A DNA stretch of 32,000 bases from Sedimentisphaera cyanobacteriorum (GTDB taxonomy: Bacteria; Planctomycetota; Phycisphaerae; Sedimentisphaerales; Sedimentisphaeraceae), in contig NZ_CP019633.1 in the NCBI RefSeq assembly GCF_001997385.1, positions 1,200,001-1,232,000 on the forward strand. The letters are read 5' to 3'. The notes beneath the pieces were generated by a model, which searched no databases, was not told where the DNA came from, and worked only from the letters and a program-made list of their open reading frames with translations. Below are positions 24,331 through 31,991 of this stretch, piece by piece; the stretch's first letter is position 1; every line of letters begins with the position of its first letter. Position numbers and translations under genes: made by a program.

Positions 24331-26100
24331 TCAGCTTCTGGCCTGATCGAGTATGAGAGTTTTAACCTTCTCGCTCGGTAGGTTCAGCGAACCGTAAGCG
24401 CTCGCCGCAGACTCTCTGAGCTCAGAATCTATTGCCCTTGAAGCTGTCATTGAATAGAGCTTGTCTATCTGTTCGTCGGTCAGCTTGCTGCCGTGAAGCT
24501 TGGCTGAGTGGATCAGAGAATCGAAAACGCTCATCCTCACAGATTTATCAAAGTCTTCGCTCAAGGCAACATTCGCAATCGCCTTCTGAGCCTCTGCTGT
24601 TTTGAGAAATGCAAGCACCTCAGCAGCTTCTATGCGGTATTTATCGCTGTCTGAACGGATAACCCTTATCAGCGTCTTCTGAGCCTTCGATACTTTCACA
24701 ATTCTGTTCCTCGCAGAGCAGAGCTTATCGAGCACATCAAATGCCCTGTCTGCATATTCTGCGGCCTTATCTTCGCCGAACTTATCTGCATTTTCCTGCA
24801 TAATCGCAGTGCTGAGCCTCTCTATTATCAGCGAGCTGCCAACGAAATCCTTAGTTGGGTTCGCCCCGCCGAGAGCTATAGCTGCGCTGAGCTGCACTGC
24901 GTTATTATCGTATTCCAGTGCATCCACAAGCGGCTGGCTCGTTCCGAAGCTCTCGAGCAGAGAAGCCTCGCCTGAGCTTGCCGCAAGAGCCTCAACCAGA
25001 TTCAGCGTAATATAATCGTTCTTGTCTTTGATAGCTCTCGCAAGAGCCTGATGGAGGTATTCCGGCCCCGCTGTTACAGCGTATGTCATAGCATCTGCAT
25101 GCCCCTGCCCGAAATACTCCGGCATCTCAATACCAGTCTGCTGGGCTTTGAAGAAGCCGTCGAGCCAGAGGGCAATAGCCTCGCCTGTTTCGGGATCTGC
25201 CTTCAAAGACCACTCACAGCTGCGCATGCACATAAGCTCGAAGAAATACCCTCGCTCTACCTTTTCACGAGTAAGCCTCTTTTGAGTATTGTCCCAGAAC
25301 CATACATTCGCAAAATCGAATTCGGTATTCGGCTTGAGGGAATCTTTGTGGTAGTAGTAGTCTTCTGCAAGTGTGAAAAACAGGTCAGATGAAGAAACCT
25401 TGAGAGCAGAACCCTTAATTTTTTGTATGTTCTTCTCAGCAAGCTTTTTAATATCTTCTGTTTCAGCGGTTTCCCAAACAAGCTTCAAATGTGGAAGCGC
25501 CTCTGAATAGCCGATGCTCCCAAGAGCACGAACCGCCTCAGACTTCACCGCCACATCCTTCATCTGCAAAGCAGCGCAAAGCGGCCTAACCGCATCTCTG
25601 CCCATCTTGCCGAGGGCTGCTGTGATATAGGGCATCTCATCCTTGCGGGACTCATCCGCTATAGCATTGAGCAAATACGGAACGGCAAACTCGCCGGAGT
25701 TGCGAAGGCGTTTCTCAGCCTTGATCCTGCCGCGTATTGTGCTGCTGAGACGCTTTATCTCACGCCGGATTATTTCCGGATCGGTTCTTTTTATGTAACG
25801 CCCTTCTTCGATAATGTCGATTATTGAGGAGGCAGCGTCTTTGAGCTGTTCATTGCTGTTGTAAACCCTGAGCAGGATTGAATACCCGCGGGGATTTTCC
25901 TGACTGAGCTCAAGCATCTTTACCGGATCCGGGTCGCTTTCGATTAGCGCCTCGGCCTTGCTCTTTGCAAGCTCATATCTGCCGATTGCCGTGTAGTGCA
26001 GGAAGTCGTTCCAGTTTTCTTCCATAGCAGCAGCGCTGAGCAGCGATGTACAAGAGAGCATTGCCGCCAGCAGCCAAATCTTACTGATTTTAATAGACAT
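24331..26100 (-). CDS. Secreted HEAT/armadillo-like repeat protein (589 aa)
   Basis: Signal peptide MSIKISKIWLLAAMLSCTSLLSAAA. Repeated helical units resemble HEAT repeats, for example AVPYLLNAIADESR, VRPLCAALQMKDVAVKSEAVRALGSIGYSEALPHL and AVQLSAAIALGG. Confidence 0.7.
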   Translation of the reverse strand: MSIKISKIWLLAAMLSCTSLLSAAAMEENWNDFLHYTAIGRYELAKSKAEALIESDPDPVKMLELSQENPRGYSILLRVYNSNEQLKDAASSIIDIIEEGRYIKRTDPEIIRREIKRLSSTIRGRIKAEKRLRNSGEFAVPYLLNAIADESRKDEMPYITAALGKMGRDAVRPLCAALQMKDVAVKSEAVRALGSIGYSEALPHLKLVWETAETEDIKKLAEKNIQKIKGSALKVSSSDLFFTLAEDYYYHKDSLKPNTEFDFANVWFWDNTQKRLTREKVERGYFFELMCMRSCEWSLKADPETGEAIALWLDGFFKAQQTGIEMPEYFGQGHADAMTYAVTAGPEYLHQALARAIKDKNDYITLNLVEALAASSGEASLLESFGTSQPLVDALEYDNNAVQLSAAIALGGANPTKDFVGSSLIIERLSTAIMQENADKFGEDKAAEYADRAFDVLDKLCSARNRIVKVSKAQKTLIRVIRSDSDKYRIEAAEVLAFLKTAEAQKAIANVALSEDFDKSVRMSVFDSLIHSAKLHGSKLTDEQIDKLYSMTASRAIDSELRESAASAYGSLNLPSEKVKTLILDQARS

Positions 26101-26158
26101 CTATTGTCTCCATAAAGGTGTTCGCCGTACTTTAAAAACGAATAATTACTCTTAGAGG

Positions 26159-26186
26159 ATTATAATTTGTCTAAACGAGGTGTCAA
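26159..26186 (-). promoter_or_regulatory. Consensus sigma-70 promoter for the HEAT-repeat gene
   Basis: On the minus strand: TTGACA (26186-26181), a 16-nt spacer, then TATAAT (26164-26159). GGAGA lies 6 nt before ATG 26100. Confidence 0.55.
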
Positions 26187-26257
26187 TTAAAAACAAATTC
26201 CCCGCCCCGCCAATTTCCAAATTCATCACCTCGCTCAACTAAACAAACTTAAAACCT

Positions 26258-26292
26258 GCCACTCGCCACTTGCCACTCGCCACTCGCTACTT
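26258..26292. repeat. Five-unit tandem heptamer repeat (GCCACTC type)
   Basis: GCCACTC GCCACTT GCCACTC GCCACTC GCTACTT with no spacers. The last unit contains the epimerase stop codon (26287-26289). On the minus strand the repeat reads TAG-CGAGTGG-CGAGTGG-CAAGTGG-CGAGTGG. Confidence 0.9.
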
Positions 26293-27213
26293 ACTCCCCA
26301 AAACTTCCTTAAAATATTCAATAGTCTGCATTAAACCTTCATCAAAATTAGATTTTGGTTCAAAACCGGCTGCTTTGAGCTTGTCTATCGAGGCCATACT
26401 GTGCCGCACATCGCCCGGCCGTTCTTCGGCATACTGGATCTCTGAGCTCGAGCCGGTTAGGCTGATTATACGCTTGGCAAGGTCGTTGATGGTTGTTTTG
26501 CCTCCGTAAGCAACGTTGTAAACGCCTGCAGGCGCATCGGACTCTGCGAAGAAGGCGTTCGCTGATGCCACGTCCTGAACGAACACGAAATCGCGGGTTT
26601 GTTCGCCGTCGCCGAAGATTGTGATCGGCTCATTGCGGAGGGCTTTGTGGATAAAGATGGGCACAGCAGCAGCATATTGACTCTTGGGGTCCTGCCGCGG
26701 GCCGAATACGTTGAAGTAGCGAAGGCAGGCGGTATTGAGCAGCCCCTCGGAGCTGAACATATTGCAGTAGTATTCGCCGTCGAGCTTGGTGATGGCGTAT
26801 GGGCTTTTCGGCTCGGGGAGCATTGTTTCGAGCTTCGGAACGGTTGGGTTGTCGCCGTAGATTGCGGCGGATGTGCTGAAGCAGAGCCGCTTTACGCCGG
26901 CCTTGCTCGCCTCGCTGAGCACGTTCAAGAGCCCCTGCACGTTCGTTTCTACGCATTCCTGCGGCTTGTGCATCGATTCAGGCACGCTGATCATTGCGGC
27001 CAGATGGAATACGTAATCGCAGCCGCGAACCGCCTCGCGAACCGCCTTGCGGTCGGTGATGGACCCGCAGATAAGCCGTGCGCCTGTGCCGGCCAGATTC
27101 TCCTCAAAGCCAGAACGAAGATTATCCAAAACCACAACCTCCGCCCTGCCGCTGTAATGCCGAGCGATATGTGAACCTATAAACCCCGCCCCGCCAGTAA
27201 TGAGAGTTTTCAT
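26287..27213 (-). CDS. NAD-dependent sugar-nucleotide epimerase/dehydratase (extended SDR)
   Basis: MKTLITGGAGFIGSH Rossmann motif and catalytic YAITKLDGE (YxxxK). I prefer ATG 27213 to the track TTG at 27219. Confidence 0.85.
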   Translation of the reverse strand: MKTLITGGAGFIGSHIARHYSGRAEVVVLDNLRSGFEENLAGTGARLICGSITDRKAVREAVRGCDYVFHLAAMISVPESMHKPQECVETNVQGLLNVLSEASKAGVKRLCFSTSAAIYGDNPTVPKLETMLPEPKSPYAITKLDGEYYCNMFSSEGLLNTACLRYFNVFGPRQDPKSQYAAAVPIFIHKALRNEPITIFGDGEQTRDFVFVQDVASANAFFAESDAPAGVYNVAYGGKTTINDLAKRIISLTGSSSEIQYAEERPGDVRHSMASIDKLKAAGFEPKSNFDEGLMQTIEYFKEVLGSK

Positions 27214-27215
27214 AA

Positions 27216-27884
27216 TCAAACCTTCATACTTTCCGGCATATCAGGAATACCCTTAAACATCTTACTCACATCAGCCTTTGAATGAAGAATAACAAGGGCA
27301 GTTGCGATAATAAGCTTAATATCCAACAGGAAACTGAGATTTTTTGCATACCAGACTTCAAGCTCTGCTTTATGTGCCATTATCTCGCTGTAACATTCGC
27401 TGTAATCTTTATCAGATGCTCCTATAATGGCTTCTTCATCCCTGAAAACCACCGACCCTATGCCCGTAATGCCCGGGCGGAGCTTCATTATTTCCTGCTT
27501 TAGATCTTCAGGGAAATACCCAAAGCACTCCGGCGTCTGCGGCCTTGGGCCAACTATTGCAATATCGCCCTTAAGCACATTAAAAATCTGAGGGAGTTCG
27601 TTTATCTTTGTCTTCCTGAGAAATCTGCCGAAGGGAAGAACGCGGGGGTCGTTCTGAAGAGTTATAGTGCCAGAACCTATATTGGGGCTGTTTTTGAGCA
27701 TAGTTGCAAACTTGAGCAGCTCGAAAGGCCTGCCGTCTTTACCAACCCGATGCTGAAGATAAAAAATTTCACCCTCTCCGGTTAATCGCAGGGTTATCAT
27801 CAGAGGCAAAAGCAAAGGAAGAAGAATTACAGTTGCGATAAGTGCTAAAATAAAATCAATGGGTCTTTTAAAGAATTTATACAT
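27216..27884 (-). CDS. Small monotopic phosphoglycosyl transferase (bacterial sugar transferase, PglC/WbaP C-terminal type)
   Basis: One N-terminal hydrophobic hairpin (ILALIATVILLPLLLPLMITL), then PFELLKFATM and KINELPQIFNVLKGDIAIVGPRP. Confidence 0.85.
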   Translation of the reverse strand: MYKFFKRPIDFILALIATVILLPLLLPLMITLRLTGEGEIFYLQHRVGKDGRPFELLKFATMLKNSPNIGSGTITLQNDPRVLPFGRFLRKTKINELPQIFNVLKGDIAIVGPRPQTPECFGYFPEDLKQEIMKLRPGITGIGSVVFRDEEAIIGASDKDYSECYSEIMAHKAELEVWYAKNLSFLLDIKLIIATALVILHSKADVSKMFKGIPDMPESMKV

Positions 27885-27891
27885 ACTCGGC

Positions 27892-29088
27892 CTACATCTT
27901 CTGATCTAAATTTTTCCCTGTTTCACTATGCTTCAGTGTAGGAACAGCTTTTATCATAGCTTTTACATAATCTGTTTTAGTAATATTGGGATTTGTTTTA
28001 GCTGCCCTTGCAAAATCGAGAAATTCTTCAAGGGCATCCTCACCGGAAAATTTATCCCGCATTATAACTCCCACATTCTGAAACCTCTCCGTATCCAAAT
28101 CTTCGGCCTCTGTATAGAACTCTTCATAGCCCTTCTCCCCCGTTGTATCAGTGTTAAAGAAATAACATGGCCACTTGCCCTGCGGGGCAAACTCTTCAAC
28201 TTTTGCCTTAGCTTCCTCCTCGCTGCTGCATTCTACCGGCTCAAGCCCCATCTCATGCAAGAGATCAACTGCTATCTGTGAAAAGGTTTTCTCATCCTCG
28301 CCTGAAGAGAGCTTTGGGAAAAAAACATCCCTGTTGCTTCCTAAAGCAGCAGAAAGTACGCAAAGCTCGCCCGCCTCCTGATGGGAGATGAAATATCGCT
28401 TCACATCTCTAGGGGCTGAAAGCGGCTGCATTTTGTTGAGTCTCTCATGGAAACCGTGCGGGAGGCTGCCGTCTGAGAATGCTACATTTGCAAATCTCGC
28501 AGTTGAAAAAGGCTGCTGGTCTGAATATTTCATCAGCACCTGCTCCATTACCATCTTGCTCGCACCCATCATATTTGCAGGATTTGCCGCTTTATCTGAT
28601 GATACAGAGAAAGCCTTGCTGAATCTATAAGGCATTTGCTCCAAAAAATCATTCAGAGACAGGACGTTCGTATCAAGCATACGCATAAGGCAGTAAATAT
28701 CCTTTTCCGATCGAACATGCTTTACCGCACTTAGATTGAAGAAAAAATCAAAACGCTCCGTCTCAGCAAAATATCGGTCGAATTCTATTGAGCCCAGACC
28801 AATCGGCATGGTCTTGAAGTCTTTAGGAACTTTTACGTTTTTGGAAGATCTTAAATCACGTACCAGCTCTACAAGATTATTTTCACTTATGTCAACGAGA
28901 GAAATCGCCTCCGGCTCAAATCTCAGAAGCGTTTTAACCACCCAGGAGCCTATAGAACCCGCTGCCCCTACCACAGCTATACGGCTGCCTTTGATAACAT
29001 TCAAAAGCTCTGCCGAATTCGCCTCTATATCTTGTGCGAAGAAAGAACTTCGCCTGCCTGTAATAATATATTCATATTTTAGATTCAT
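27892..29088 (-). CDS. CapD/PglF-like sugar-nucleotide 4,6-dehydratase (polysaccharide biosynthesis protein), soluble short form
   Basis: VVGAAGSIGS nucleotide-binding motif and SSDKAANPANMMGASK (the S/T-D-K-A-x-x-P...G-x-S/T-K block of CapD/PseB/PglF enzymes). No N-terminal TM segments are present. Confidence 0.75.
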   Translation of the reverse strand: MNLKYEYIITGRRSSFFAQDIEANSAELLNVIKGSRIAVVGAAGSIGSWVVKTLLRFEPEAISLVDISENNLVELVRDLRSSKNVKVPKDFKTMPIGLGSIEFDRYFAETERFDFFFNLSAVKHVRSEKDIYCLMRMLDTNVLSLNDFLEQMPYRFSKAFSVSSDKAANPANMMGASKMVMEQVLMKYSDQQPFSTARFANVAFSDGSLPHGFHERLNKMQPLSAPRDVKRYFISHQEAGELCVLSAALGSNRDVFFPKLSSGEDEKTFSQIAVDLLHEMGLEPVECSSEEEAKAKVEEFAPQGKWPCYFFNTDTTGEKGYEEFYTEAEDLDTERFQNVGVIMRDKFSGEDALEEFLDFARAAKTNPNITKTDYVKAMIKAVPTLKHSETGKNLDQKM

Positions 29089-29133
29089 TATTATTTCCCT
29101 TCTGAGCCGCTGAGCATCTTAAAGATGTTTTTT

Positions 29134-29164
29134 AGCCACTAATCTGCACTAATTTGCTCTAATT
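29134..29164. repeat. Left arm of the inverted heptamer array flanking the GxxExxY gene
   Basis: AGCCACTAAT-CTG-CACTAAT-TTG-CTCTAAT-T. Heptamer starts fall at 29137, 29147 and 29157, a 10-bp period. Confidence 0.85.
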
Positions 29165-29169
29165 ATTAT

Positions 29170-29185
29170 ATAAGATTAATCTTAT
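29170..29185. repeat. Perfect 16-bp palindrome just downstream of the GxxExxY stop
   Basis: ATAAGATTAATCTTAT equals its own reverse complement. It lies 3 nt from the stop codon at 29189-29191. Confidence 0.85.
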
Positions 29186-29188
29186 CAA

Positions 29189-29560
29189 TTAGCTGTTATA
29201 AACATATCTTTTCCACTCAAGCTTATTACTGTTTCCCCAATTAATCAGATAACCAACAGCTTTGCCGGTAGCCTTAAGATAATTTAATAACTGAGCTTCT
29301 TCAACGCTTGTTATACTTGGAATAGCTTTCAATTCAACAACAATAACTTGAGACACAAATAAATCCGGGCGATAATACTTATTTAATTTAAAGTTCTTGT
29401 AATACACGTTTAATAAAGGCTGACTTTGGTATTCTATACCGCGTCTTTCAAGCTCTACCTCAAGGGCATCTTGGTAAACCTCCTCCAAAAACCCATAACC
29501 TAAAGTGTTGTAAACTTCAAAAGCAGCAGCCATTAAATCATAACCTTCTTGTTCATACAT
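29189..29560 (-). CDS. GxxExxY protein (PD-(D/E)XK nuclease-like fold family)
   Basis: MYEQEGYDLMAAAFEVYNTLGYGFLEEVYQDALEVELERRGI... contains the eponymous G-F-L-E-E-V-Y motif, followed by PDLFVSQVIVVELKA, a D...E-x-K-like block. I prefer ATG 29560 to the track TTG at 29575. Confidence 0.8.
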   Translation of the reverse strand: MYEQEGYDLMAAAFEVYNTLGYGFLEEVYQDALEVELERRGIEYQSQPLLNVYYKNFKLNKYYRPDLFVSQVIVVELKAIPSITSVEEAQLLNYLKATGKAVGYLINWGNSNKLEWKRYVYNS

Positions 29561-29589
29561 AAAACTAACTTTCAACTAAATCAAAAAAA

Positions 29590-29620
29590 ATTAGTGTCTT
29601 ATTAGTGATAATTAGTGGCT
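29590..29620. repeat. Right arm of the inverted heptamer array
   Basis: The plus strand reads ATTAGTG-TCTT-ATTAGTG-ATA-ATTAGTGGCT. The reverse complement reads AGCCACTAAT-TAT-CACTAAT-AAGA-CACTAAT. Heptamer starts fall at 29590, 29601 and 29611. Confidence 0.85.
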
Positions 29621-29637
29621 CTGCCTTTCCTCCCCAG

Positions 29638-30810
29638 CTACTTCTGGCCATTACCGGCCAGCACATAACACACACGCTGTATCTCTTCATCTCTGAGGTT
29701 GCTTGAGCAAGGCAAGTTCACAATATGCTCAAAGAAGTATTCGGCTTTCTCAATATTATAGGCTTGGCAGCTTCTGTACGGCTTTTGGTGGTGGTTAAGA
29801 TTCCAGATCGGACGCACCTGAATATTGTTTTCTTTGAATTTATGTATCAAATCGTCTCGGCTGAGCGGGTAGCTGTCTTCGATGAACAGCGAATAGAACC
29901 AGTAGTTCGAATCGCAGTAATCGGGAATTTCTATCAGCCTCAGGCCGTCAATTTCGCTTACTGCCTGTTTGTATTTTTCAAAGCTCGCCTTTTTGTGGGC
30001 GATAAAATTATCAATCTGCTCGATTTGGCCGAGCCCTATAGCCGCCTGAACAGCGGTGAGCCGGTAGTTGTAGCCAACTTCATTATGCACATAATATAGC
30101 GGGTCGTCTTTGGCCTGAGTGGTAAGATATTTAGACTTTCTGATCATCTCCGGATCCTCAGAAACAATCATGCCTCCGCCGCCGCAGGTAATGATTTTGT
30201 TGCCGTTGAACGAAAAGCAGCCGAAATCGCCAATAGTACCTGCATATTTGCCTGCATATCTGCCGGATGTTATCTTCGAGCCGAGGGCTTCTGTGGCATC
30301 TTCGATTACAGGCAGATTGTGTTCTGCCGCAGCATCCATAATCTGCTCCATCTGGCAGATCGAGCCGAAAATATGTACCGGAACCACAGCTGCAATCCGC
30401 CTGCCGGAGGTTTTGTTGTAGAGCCGGCCTCCCTTCTGTTCGCACCCCTCGCTCAGGAAAGATGCCAGGCCTGCCGGATCCATATTCATATAGCTGTCGC
30501 AATCTATGAATACCGGCTCGCAGTGAAGATAACGAACTACGTTTATCGGGGCGATGAAGGTTAGCGTGGGTACGATTATCTCCTCGCCCGGCTTAACGCC
30601 GCTGAGCAAGAGGGAGATGTGAAGGGCTGACGTGCCGTTCACGCACGCACACGCCCCGCCGGCAGAAGATACGTATCCGGCCAGATAATCCTCAAGCTCC
30701 GATACGAAACGCCCGGAGGTGGAAACCCACTCACTCTCCATACACTCATTTACGTATTTCTTCTCATTCCCCGCAAAATATGGAGCGGAAAGAAGGATTA
30801 GATCATTCAT
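29638..30810 (-). CDS. DegT/DnrJ/EryC1/StrS-family PLP-dependent sugar aminotransferase
   Basis: LSAPYFAGNEKKYVNECMES..., GTSALHISLL, and FSFNGNKIITCGGGGM with the PLP lysine. Confidence 0.85.
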   Translation of the reverse strand: MNDLILLSAPYFAGNEKKYVNECMESEWVSTSGRFVSELEDYLAGYVSSAGGACACVNGTSALHISLLLSGVKPGEEIIVPTLTFIAPINVVRYLHCEPVFIDCDSYMNMDPAGLASFLSEGCEQKGGRLYNKTSGRRIAAVVPVHIFGSICQMEQIMDAAAEHNLPVIEDATEALGSKITSGRYAGKYAGTIGDFGCFSFNGNKIITCGGGGMIVSEDPEMIRKSKYLTTQAKDDPLYYVHNEVGYNYRLTAVQAAIGLGQIEQIDNFIAHKKASFEKYKQAVSEIDGLRLIEIPDYCDSNYWFYSLFIEDSYPLSRDDLIHKFKENNIQVRPIWNLNHHQKPYRSCQAYNIEKAEYFFEHIVNLPCSSNLRDEEIQRVCYVLAGNGQK

Positions 30811-30830
30811 TTGGATTCCCTATATTAATC

Positions 30831-31991
30831 TCAAGCAAATGCTTCTTCGCAATACTTAGTAATAAAATCAACAGTTCTCCTTGCTGTTTTTTTACTCACG
30901 CGAGTATGAAGAGGCAAATTTACTACCTGCTCGCAAGCCTTATCTGCAACCGGACACATTCCAATTTCATAATCATACTTTTCAAGAGGCGTTTCAATAG
31001 GATGAAGGGCACATTCGAACCAAGTTCCCAGTTCAATACCATGTTTAGCAGCGTCTTCTATTGCCTTCTGTTTATCTTTCACTCTAACAGGATACCTCAC
31101 CATAACCGGATCTTGTTTTGAGCTGTCAAATTGCCTTATACCCCAACCTTTATTTCCTAAAAGCTCATCGTAAAAAGAAGACATTTTTTTTCTGTGCTCA
31201 ATATTAGCTTCAAGTGATTTCATTTTTTTAACGCCTTCCTTAGCCTGAACACTGCTCATTGCCTTAAAGAAATTCTCCGGCATTTTTGGTTCAAATTCTT
31301 CATTGGAAGAAGAACCGACAACAATTCCTTTTTTTGTTAACCATCTGAATAAATTCTGAGCAAGCGCTGTAGTCCGTGGATAAATCAAGGCTTTATATAC
31401 CCAAAGCTGAGCTTGAAGCATTAAAACTTCTTTAAAGCTCGGCTTAATTAATTCATTTTCACATAATTCTTGAATGTCTTGAGCTACATTTTCGTCATTG
31501 CAAGTTACCATACCGCCGATACCAGTAGTGAAAGGTTTATTCCACTGCCCTGAAAAATATGAAGCTATTCCAAACGTTCCAGCCAGTTTTCCTTTATAAG
31601 TAGAGCCGACACATAAGCAGCAATCTTCAATGACAGTTACACCGTATTTCTCAGCAATCCCCATCAGTTCATCCATATCACAAACATAGCCGTATGTATG
31701 CTGTGCTATGATAAGCTTTGTATTTGGAGTTATCGCCTGCTCAAGCAAAGACACGTCCATATTAAAGGTATCCGGCTCAATATCAACATAAACCGGATTT
31801 GCACCAACATACTTCACTGGATTAACATCCATCACGCAAGTGTAGCCGGGAAGGATAACCTCATCACCTTTGCCAATTCCAAGAACTCTCAGAATTGCAT
31901 ATAAGGCCACCCTGCCTTTCCACATTGTAAATGCATCGAAGGCCCCAAAAATAGATTTGAGGTTTGTTTGGTATTTTTGCGAACTATTCAT
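30831..31991 (-). CDS. Second DegT-family aminotransferase-like protein
   Basis: GDEVILPGYTCVMDVNPV, IIAQHTYGY, and SGQWNKPFTTGIGGM as the candidate PLP lysine block. It is visibly AT-richer than the adjacent DegT gene. The start ATG is 9 nt from the window end. Confidence 0.75.
   Translation of the reverse strand: MNSSQKYQTNLKSIFGAFDAFTMWKGRVALYAILRVLGIGKGDEVILPGYTCVMDVNPVKYVGANPVYVDIEPDTFNMDVSLLEQAITPNTKLIIAQHTYGYVCDMDELMGIAEKYGVTVIEDCCLCVGSTYKGKLAGTFGIASYFSGQWNKPFTTGIGGMVTCNDENVAQDIQELCENELIKPSFKEVLMLQAQLWVYKALIYPRTTALAQNLFRWLTKKGIVVGSSSNEEFEPKMPENFFKAMSSVQAKEGVKKMKSLEANIEHRKKMSSFYDELLGNKGWGIRQFDSSKQDPVMVRYPVRVKDKQKAIEDAAKHGIELGTWFECALHPIETPLEKYDYEIGMCPVADKACEQVVNLPLHTRVSKKTARRTVDFITKYCEEAFA

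Larger units (their letters stand above)
29134..29620 (-). mobile_element. Candidate inserted cassette: GxxExxY gene bounded by ~31-bp imperfect inverted repeats
   Basis: The inverted arms bracket only this gene. The segment is AT-rich relative to its neighbours, and its intergenic spacers are unusually long for this operon. No transposase or integrase is present, so mobility is a hypothesis. Confidence 0.3.

Noticed and set aside
26176-26233. 7-bp inverted repeat CGAGGTG / CACCTCG with a 44-nt loop downstream of the glycan operon
   Set aside because: The stem is short and the loop very long. The left arm overlaps the -35 hexamer of the HEAT-gene promoter, and no T-tract follows on the relevant strand. 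It is not convincing as a terminator or a structured RNA.
26258-26292. Possibility that the heptamer array or the CACTAAT arrays are a CRISPR array
   Set aside because: The units are 7 bp, either contiguous or 3-4 bp apart, with no spacers of 25-40 bp and no cas genes. They are simple tandem or phased repeats.
29115-29133. CATCTT-A-AAGATG hairpin followed by T6 on the plus strand
   Set aside because: All neighbouring genes are on the minus strand, where the element has no T-tract. The stem is 6 bp and AT-rich. It is probably fortuitous, or at most part of the cassette-flanking spacer.
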